Below are positions 58,494 to 64,000 of a stretch of DNA of 64,000 nucleotides, piece after piece; positions within the stretch are counted from its first letter, which is position 1, and each line of letters starts with the position of its first letter. The stretch is taken from positions 18,463 through 82,462 of the IMG/VR virus record IMGVR_UViG_3300023180_000036; one strand, 5' to 3'. The notes beneath the pieces are model-generated. The model saw nothing but the letters and a program-made list of their open reading frames with translations, searched no databases and had not been told where the DNA came from. Made by a program: the position numbers and the translations under genes. This stretch comes from a virus.

Positions 58494-58910
58494 ATGGGTA
58501 CCGCATCAATGATCGGAGTTTATAATAAAGACGGATCAGTCACAGCATCTTACTGCCATTATGACGGCTATCTTTCTTATAACGGAAGACTTTTAGTTGA
58601 AACATATAACACAACAGAAGCCGCAAATGCAGTTGCAAATTGTGGTTATCTTTCAGGTTTAACTAATGATCTTGATAATGATCTTAAAGAAGCTGTACAT
58701 AAAAATGAAGAACCCCGAATTTATAATTCAGTTGATACCTTCCTAAAAGTTGGTGATCGTTATGCTGGAGCGGATTATCTTTATCTTTTTGATGGAAAAA
58801 CATGGCTCTATACCGATACATATGGTAACCGTAAAGACCGTAAGTTTAAAGAAGTCGAAGCAGATTTGGTAGATCATGATGCTCCCAAATTCAATCAGGT
58901 AGCAGTATAA
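58494..58910 (+). CDS. hypothetical early phage protein
   Basis: MGTASMIG, YCHYDGY, DYLYLFD motifs; AGGAG RBS. Confidence 0.75.
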   Translation: MGTASMIGVYNKDGSVTASYCHYDGYLSYNGRLLVETYNTTEAANAVANCGYLSGLTNDLDNDLKEAVHKNEEPRIYNSVDTFLKVGDRYAGADYLYLFDGKTWLYTDTYGNRKDRKFKEVEADLVDHDAPKFNQVAV

Positions 58911-59467
58911 TGAAACTTAGTAATTTATTATCTGGTATTATAAACGGTATTACTGCAACAGCTATTATAGTTGTTGCAGGCACTCAACTCTATGCCAATG
59001 ATCATAGCTGGGATAAAAAACAAATAAGTAAAATCACAAATAATGATTTACATTGTCTCCAGCAAAATATTTTCTTTGAAGCAAGAAATCAAACAGTAAA
59101 GGGACAAGTTGCCGTAGCATGGGTAACACTCAATCGTTTAGATGATACTCGTTATCCAAATACAATTTGTGGAGTTGTAAAGCAAGCTAATCGTGATTCA
59201 AATGGTAATATCATTAAACATAAATGTCAGTTCAGTTGGTATTGCGACGGCAAATCGGATAAAATACCCAGTAATAAAATATCACAAAATGCTTGGAAAC
59301 AAGCTGGTATTGTAGCCGAGGTTGTTCTAATGGATAGAATGTCTGGATATATCTTTAAGGATCCTACTAAAGGTTCAACTATGTATCATGCCGATTGGGT
59401 ATCACCATACTGGAAAGTAAAGTATGATCAGGTAGCTTATATTGAAGACCATGTTTTCTACAAGTGA
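58910..59467 (+). CDS. SleB-like cell wall hydrolase (Hydrolase_2)
   Basis: N-terminal TM, CLQQNIFFEARNQ, VTLNR, CQFSWYCDG, HVFY. Confidence 0.88.
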   Translation: MKLSNLLSGIINGITATAIIVVAGTQLYANDHSWDKKQISKITNNDLHCLQQNIFFEARNQTVKGQVAVAWVTLNRLDDTRYPNTICGVVKQANRDSNGNIIKHKCQFSWYCDGKSDKIPSNKISQNAWKQAGIVAEVVLMDRMSGYIFKDPTKGSTMYHADWVSPYWKVKYDQVAYIEDHVFYK

Positions 59468-59474
59468 GGAAAAA

Positions 59475-59759
59475 ATGAAAAATAAAATTGACTATCGTTT
59501 TAACGAAGAAAACTATATCAAGGAGTTTAAAGAATATATTGACGCTACTTATAGTCAACACTATTCTCAGAATAAATTCCAATCCACTGAAGTAATCATG
59601 GATCGTGGTCATGGTACAGGTTTCTGTATGGGAAATGTTGATAAATATTCCAATAGATATGGAAAGAAAGGTACTGCAGCAGATGCTCGTAAAGACCTTA
59701 TGAAAGTTTTACATTACGCTCTCCTTCAACTATATGTGCATGACAATGATCTTGGATAA
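59475..59759 (+). CDS. DUF3310-like protein
   Basis: TYSQHY, GFCMGNVDKYSNRYGKK, DLMKVLHYA. Confidence 0.75.
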   Translation: MKNKIDYRFNEENYIKEFKEYIDATYSQHYSQNKFQSTEVIMDRGHGTGFCMGNVDKYSNRYGKKGTAADARKDLMKVLHYALLQLYVHDNDLG

Positions 59760-60072
59760 TCACGTTAATGAAATCTTTAAAGATAATATAAATATGATGG
59801 TACCATGGTATCTTATGGCTTCATATGCTTATTATGTAGAAGATGATCCGATCTTAACTGATAATTTTTTCGATAATATGGGTAAAAGAATCCTAGAAAA
59901 CTGGGAAAAAATTACACATTTTCATAAACACTATATCAGTAAAGACGAATTAAAAGCTGGAAGTTTTCTGGGAAAATATCCTAGCAGAGTTTCAGATTCT
60001 GTTAATGCTTTAAGAAAATATGGTTTTATTAAGAAAGAAAAGAAAGAAGTAACACTGGAAGATTTTTTCTAA
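59746..60072 (+). CDS. stand-alone protein resembling NAD-dependent DNA ligase domain Ia
   Basis: SYAYYVEDDPILTDNFFD resembles LigA YYxxDxPxxxDxxYD. Confidence 0.5.
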   Translation: MILDNHVNEIFKDNINMMVPWYLMASYAYYVEDDPILTDNFFDNMGKRILENWEKITHFHKHYISKDELKAGSFLGKYPSRVSDSVNALRKYGFIKKEKKEVTLEDFF

Positions 60073-60264
60073 ATGAAACAAGAAATAATTAAATTTAAAA
60101 GTACAAATTATTATCGAAATAAAAAAAGAAATGAACTTGTACGAAAAAGATTAAAAATAAAATACCAGAAAAGGGCAGGCACTTATCTTCTGGATCCTAT
60201 GAATAAGAAAGAAGATAAAAACACACTTGAATTTAATATTGATTCTGATTATATTATGATGTAA
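60073..60264 (+). CDS. basic hypothetical protein
   Basis: Packed ORF, K/R-rich. Confidence 0.45.
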   Translation: MKQEIIKFKSTNYYRNKKRNELVRKRLKIKYQKRAGTYLLDPMNKKEDKNTLEFNIDSDYIMM

Positions 60265-60334
60265 CATATTTACTACAATAAAAAATGATTAATAAATCTT
60301 ATAGTTATTAATCATCATATAATACTATATAATC

Positions 60335-60614
60335 TGTAGACGTTATAAAGACTATATGGACCTGGGGGCGGCACCCAGCAGCTCCACCATAAACACTTGA
60401 TAGAGGACGCTCGAAAATTCTGGGAAGCAGATAGGGAAGTAGCTACCTGATTCTGTGGAGAAATTCAAGTGTTTATGATGGGGCTGAAATAGGATCGACA
60501 TGTATTCTAGTTTACAAAATACAAATGCAAACGATAACTTTGCACCATCTGGTTACGCACTAGCTGCATAACACAGGGGGTTGGCCACTTACCTAGCAAC
60601 AGAAATAGTGGCAC
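60335..60614 (+). ncRNA. ssrA: circularly permuted two-piece tmRNA (alphaproteobacterial type); tag (A)ANDNFAPSGYALAA
   Basis: Acceptor piece: GGAC + T-arm CTGGG-GGCGGCA-CCCAG + CAGCTCC-A-CCA (ends 60389). Coding piece starts GGGGCTGAAATAGGATCGAC at 60480 and pairs with it including G3-U70. Tag frame 60527-60571. 3' ACCTAGCAACAGAA motif. TATAAT at 60328-60333. Outer boundaries approximate. Confidence 0.93.
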
Positions 60615-60649
60615 ATTAATTTTAAAAATTCATTAAGGGAATAAAACAA

Positions 60650-61030
60650 ATGAAAATCGCAGCACTCACAGTAGCAGCAACAATTGCAGCAACATCAGTA
60701 TCAGCAATGGACCTTGGTTCAACAGGTCTTTCACTTAACACAGAAGTAGACGCATCATGGGATCTTGATGCTGATACGAATAACCTTCTCGTTACTCTTG
60801 AGCCAGAGTTGGGTTACAGCATTGTTGGTGTGAGCCTTACGGCTGGTATGGATCTTAATGTTTATCAGAATGAAGAATTTGTTCTTGGTGATCAGTTTGA
60901 CGCTCTTTCAATTGACTTTGGTGCGTCTTATCAAATTATGGAAGGCCTTTCCGCTTATGGTGAAACAACCTGGGACGTAGAAGCTAGTGAACTCGAAGCA
61001 TCAAAAGTTGGTGTTACTTTTTCATTCTAA
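60650..61030 (+). CDS. secreted outer-membrane beta-barrel / porin-like protein
   Basis: Signal peptide MKIAALTVAATIAATSVSA, alternating amphipathic strands, C-terminal KVGVTFSF. Confidence 0.72.
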   Translation: MKIAALTVAATIAATSVSAMDLGSTGLSLNTEVDASWDLDADTNNLLVTLEPELGYSIVGVSLTAGMDLNVYQNEEFVLGDQFDALSIDFGASYQIMEGLSAYGETTWDVEASELEASKVGVTFSF

Positions 61031-61046
61031 TAAAATGAATTTCGAG

Positions 61047-61054
61047 TATAAATA
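61047..61054 (+). promoter_or_regulatory. T4-type late promoter
   Basis: Intergenic TATAAATA. Confidence 0.7.
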
Positions 61055-61085
61055 GTATTATCGGGTTGTTACGAAATAAACACGT

Positions 61086-61112
61086 GAGGGGCCACGGTTA
61101 GCCCCTCTTTTT
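61086..61112 (+). terminator. intrinsic terminator
   Basis: GAGGGGC-8 nt-GCCCCTC + TTTTT. Confidence 0.8.
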
Positions 61113-61133
61113 CGTTTAATGGAGGTAGCACTG

Positions 61134-61511
61134 ATGAAAAAGTTTATACTTATTTTAGCAGCTGCGATAGGCTTATCCATTCCAGCTTATGCGCAGCAGA
61201 CGGATCAATCTAGTGGCAGGGGAGTTTTAATTCAAGCTCCTTGTGATTATTATCCTGTCGTATTTGAAGTTCAGAGACAAAGTAACGAAAGATTGATGTT
61301 TGTAGGTAACGGAGCAATAAAGGAATCCACTAGTAACAAATACTTTAGAGGAGCTGTTGCTGTTTGGTGGAATATGGAAACAGAAAATGCTTCTATAACA
61401 ATTCAGTTTCCGGATGGTATGATATGTCTACTTTCTCCTGCTGGAAAATTTCAACCTTGGACTGGGTCACAGCCTTGGGAACCACCAAAAGAAAAGAAAC
61501 AAAGTTTCTAA
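61134..61511 (+). CDS. secreted hypothetical protein
   Basis: GGAGG RBS; signal peptide MKKFILILAAAIGLSIPAYA; two Cys. Confidence 0.75.
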   Translation: MKKFILILAAAIGLSIPAYAQQTDQSSGRGVLIQAPCDYYPVVFEVQRQSNERLMFVGNGAIKESTSNKYFRGAVAVWWNMETENASITIQFPDGMICLLSPAGKFQPWTGSQPWEPPKEKKQSF

Positions 61512-61512
61512 G

Positions 61513-61788
61513 ATGTTTCAGACAATATTTCTATACGCTATAATATCTTCACTTACTGGTGAACCAGAAACTTTTTATTTTAACGGTAAAGTTTTTCCTA
61601 ATCATATTGAGTGTACACACTTTTATTACACGTATGAAAGCAATATTAAAAACGGTATCTTGGAACACGCTACACGAAAATTTAATAGCGATGCTGCATT
61701 AGTACATGAAATCGGTTGTGTTACAAGAGAAGTTGATCAATTTTATAATGAAATCTATAAGAATAAAAGAGCACTGTACAGTAAATGA
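61513..61788 (+). CDS. hypothetical protein (F...C...C pattern)
   Basis: Hydrophobic N-terminus, FPNHIEC...IGCV. Confidence 0.65.
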   Translation: MFQTIFLYAIISSLTGEPETFYFNGKVFPNHIECTHFYYTYESNIKNGILEHATRKFNSDAALVHEIGCVTREVDQFYNEIYKNKRALYSK

Positions 61789-62027
61789 AATGGTTAGTTG
61801 TAGTTTTATTTGCCACCATACACGGTGATGTGTATATCTTCACTGATCCACACTTTGAAGACAGAGAAAGTTGCATAGCAAGTATTTCTGATGCAGAACA
61901 AGCTCAGAAATATGTCGCAAAGTTAGTTATGGAATATAAAAGATTGATGCCTATTAGAGCATTAAACTGTGTTGATGAAGCTACCATAAATAAAATATTA
62001 AAAGACATGGATAAAGATAACGTATGA
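61785..62027 (+). CDS. hypothetical protein (MKW...F...C...C pattern)
   Basis: MKWLVVVLF, FEDRESC, LNCV; ATGA overlap. Confidence 0.7.
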   Translation: MKWLVVVLFATIHGDVYIFTDPHFEDRESCIASISDAEQAQKYVAKLVMEYKRLMPIRALNCVDEATINKILKDMDKDNV

Positions 62028-62227
62028 AGTGGATACTAGTTTATATTGTTGTGGAAGGAACTACACCAGTAGCAGTAAACGCTATGGGTCCAGACCACAC
62101 GTTTGATTCTATGATAGATTGTTTTGCCAAAAGAGAACAACTTGCCTTAAAAGTAGGTGGAAAAGCCGGATATTATCCATCAAGAAAACAAGCAATCTGC
62201 ATTAAAATTGCGGATGAATCTATTTAA
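62024..62227 (+). CDS. hypothetical protein (MKW...F...C...C pattern)
   Basis: MKWILVYI, FDSMIDC, QAICI; ATGA overlap. Confidence 0.7.
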   Translation: MKWILVYIVVEGTTPVAVNAMGPDHTFDSMIDCFAKREQLALKVGGKAGYYPSRKQAICIKIADESI

Positions 62228-62230
62228 AAA

Positions 62231-62238
62231 TATAAATA
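62231..62238 (+). promoter_or_regulatory. T4-type late promoter
   Basis: Intergenic TATAAATA. Confidence 0.75.
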
Positions 62239-62267
62239 TATCTAAGAAACACTAAAAGGTAAACGAC

Positions 62268-63419
62268 ATGAGAAAGTTCTTGTTAAGCGCTTTCTTTGTT
62301 ATGACCGCTGCTATGGTTCAAGCACAGGTTGCTAATGATGCAGACGGTAATTTTGATAGTACTAGCTATGTAGAAACAAACAATGATAGTACTACAACCA
62401 CAAACAGTACTGTGACTACTGATAATACGAATACTAATGATACGACGATCACTAGTACAAACACGAATACAAATACAAACACGAATACTAGCACTATAGA
62501 TAGTACGACTACTTCTACAAATACGAACACTAATACTAGCACTATAGATAGTACAACAACATCGACAAACACTAATACCAATACGAGTACAATTACTAAT
62601 ACTACAGATAGTACTATCAATAGTACCAGTAATAATACTTCAAATATTACTACAACAACGGATAACACGAATACGAATACTAATACGAATACCTCAACTA
62701 TAACAAGTGATAATACGAACAATAATACAAACACTAATACCAATACGAGTACGTCTACTAATACAAACACTAACACGAATACCAATACGAGCACGTCCAC
62801 TAACACTAGTAATGTAACTACTGATAATACAAGTAGTAATACAAACACCAATACAAATACGAATAATTCTACAGTAAGTTCTACCAGTAATAATTCCAAT
62901 ACAAATACTAATACGAACACTAGCGATTCTACAGTTAATAGCACTTCAACAAGTGATAACACCAATAATAACATTAACACGAATAATTCTACAGTTACAC
63001 AAAAGATAGAATCACCACCACCGTCCGCTATTGCTCCTACTGTTATGGGAGGTGGAAATGATAACTGTACCGTAACTTGGTCGAGTGCTGTTCAAACACA
63101 GATAGTTGGTATGAGTGGTGGTGGTCATATTCGTGATATGAATTGTGAACGTCTTAAAAATTCCAAAACTCTTTATAATATGGGTATGAAAGTAGCTGCT
63201 GTTGCTTTGATGTGTCAAGATGAATCGGTTTATAGAGCTATGGAAATGGCTGGAACTCCTTGTCCCTTTAAAGGAAGTATAGGAACCGAAGCAAAAGCGT
63301 TGTGGGATAATAGTCCTGATATGCAACCAAAACCACAACTACCAGGAGAAGCTGCAAATGCACCGGCTAATGCCCTTATTGGTGGCGGTATACTGCTTAT
63401 CTTACTCGCTCTCCTCTAA
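62268..63419 (+). CDS. exported, membrane-anchored protein with a long Thr/Asn low-complexity region and Cys-rich C-terminal domain
   Basis: Signal peptide, about 200 aa of TN/TS repeats, PPPSAIAP...CERLK...MKVAAVALMCQD...GTPCP, C-terminal TM. Confidence 0.8.
   Translation: MRKFLLSAFFVMTAAMVQAQVANDADGNFDSTSYVETNNDSTTTTNSTVTTDNTNTNDTTITSTNTNTNTNTNTSTIDSTTTSTNTNTNTSTIDSTTTSTNTNTNTSTITNTTDSTINSTSNNTSNITTTTDNTNTNTNTNTSTITSDNTNNNTNTNTNTSTSTNTNTNTNTNTSTSTNTSNVTTDNTSSNTNTNTNTNNSTVSSTSNNSNTNTNTNTSDSTVNSTSTSDNTNNNINTNNSTVTQKIESPPPSAIAPTVMGGGNDNCTVTWSSAVQTQIVGMSGGGHIRDMNCERLKNSKTLYNMGMKVAAVALMCQDESVYRAMEMAGTPCPFKGSIGTEAKALWDNSPDMQPKPQLPGEAANAPANALIGGGILLILLALL
62380..63000 (+). repeat. degenerate hexamer (ACN-AAY; Thr-Asn) tandem repeat region
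   Basis: Runs such as ACAAACACGAATACAAATAC; local duplication of AATACTAGCACTATAGATAGTAC. Confidence 0.85.
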
Positions 63420-64000
63420 CGCTCAAGATCTAACGCAACAAGACATTGATATGGGAACACTGTATGGTGCTCCCTCCAATCCTGATGACCTATTAGAATA
63501 TACTGATCGCACATACATGGATCAGATTATAAACAATAATGTTACAGCATATACAAATGGTACTGGTAGGGATTGGCAAGCAACAACTGGTTGTTTGAAT
63601 GCTAGTACTGAAAATGGTGGTGATGGATCTTGGGGAGGAACAAGTAGTGGAAGTTGTGCTAACATTGGCACAAATGGAGACGGTGCTATACGCTTTGGAT
63701 GGAATAATACAGTAGTTTCTCAAACTCAAGATGTAATTAACGATGCATTAAAGATTGCAGGTATAAATGTTGTTGGGTACTTATGGCAATGGAAAGTTAA
63801 AAATTACAATGCTAATGATACCAGTACAAATCAAGTCAATAATCAAGACCCATTATATGTAAGAGTCATTGTTAAAGATAATGATGGAAATGTCCTTGAT
63901 GAAAGAGAGTGGGATTACTCATATTCAATAAGTGACTGGGAACAAAAAAATGGAATGCAGTGGTATGATCCTTTTTTAATGGGCGATAAAGTTGATACAC
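63358..64000 (+). CDS. exported hypothetical protein, 3'-truncated by the window (not in ORF track)
   Basis: MHRLMPLLVAVYCLSYSLSSNAQDLTQQDID... frame open to window end; overlaps previous gene's 3' end. Confidence 0.65.
   Translation, partial: MHRLMPLLVAVYCLSYSLSSNAQDLTQQDIDMGTLYGAPSNPDDLLEYTDRTYMDQIINNNVTAYTNGTGRDWQATTGCLNASTENGGDGSWGGTSSGSCANIGTNGDGAIRFGWNNTVVSQTQDVINDALKIAGINVVGYLWQWKVKNYNANDTSTNQVNNQDPLYVRVIVKDNDGNVLDEREWDYSYSISDWEQKNGMQWYDPFLMGDKVDT

Noticed and set aside
60358-60389. Apparent tRNA-Ala 3' half or integration attachment site
   Set aside because: Its matching 5' strand and a tag frame lie downstream, so it is the acceptor piece of a permuted tmRNA; no integrase is seen in the window
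62366-62980. 204-aa Val/Leu-rich minus-strand ORF
   Set aside because: Antisense shadow of the ACN/AAY repeat; no RBS or promoter evident
62380-63000. Possible CRISPR-like or non-coding repeat array
   Set aside because: Repeats are degenerate in-frame codon pairs with no repeat-spacer structure; no cas genes
1144-63729. Many short nested or antisense ORFs in the track (e.g. 1144-1413, 5141-5383, 20416-20697, 26333-26602, 32475-32810, 53643-53945, 63012-63338)
   Set aside because: They overlap well-supported genes, lack RBS or motifs, and are expected by chance
1-64000. Stop-codon reassignment
   Set aside because: Core genes are full length in the standard code, and TAA, TAG and TGA all end genes

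Overview
A 64-kb, AT-rich segment of a large T4-like (myovirus) phage genome, almost all on the + strand. It holds the core neck/tail/terminase/head module (gp13-gp23, gp3) and the recombination/replication module (uvsY, uvsW, gp55, gp47/46, gp45/44/62, regA, gp43, uvsX, gp41, thyX). Many auxiliary genes sit between these: a minimised ATP-dependent PEP carboxykinase, GMP reductase, Hsp20, DUF1127, a nucleotide-sugar/glycosyltransferase cluster, a PRTase, an amino-DNA methyltransferase, a SleB-like hydrolase and a porin-like protein. The strongest signals outside the ORF track are RNA-level. (1) A complete circularly permuted, two-piece tmRNA gene of alphaproteobacterial type (tag ANDNFAPSGYALAA) with a structured 90-nt intervening segment. 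(2) A ROSE-type RNA-thermometer hairpin over the hsp20 ribosome-binding site, followed by a DUF1127 gene. (3) A symmetric divergent promoter pair upstream of gp55 whose leftward member has no gene and should make antisense RNA. (4) A family of repeated early-promoter cassettes (TAGGGGTTTACAA-N-TATNTT...AGAATCGG). (5) Short late-promoter/hairpin units that look like sRNAs. Together these suggest an alphaproteobacterial host (inference) and phage-encoded control of translation and proteostasis. A TAGT/GREB1-like glycosyltransferase beside a DenA-like nuclease suggests DNA sugar hypermodification. All protein assignments come from motifs read by eye; no database search was run.
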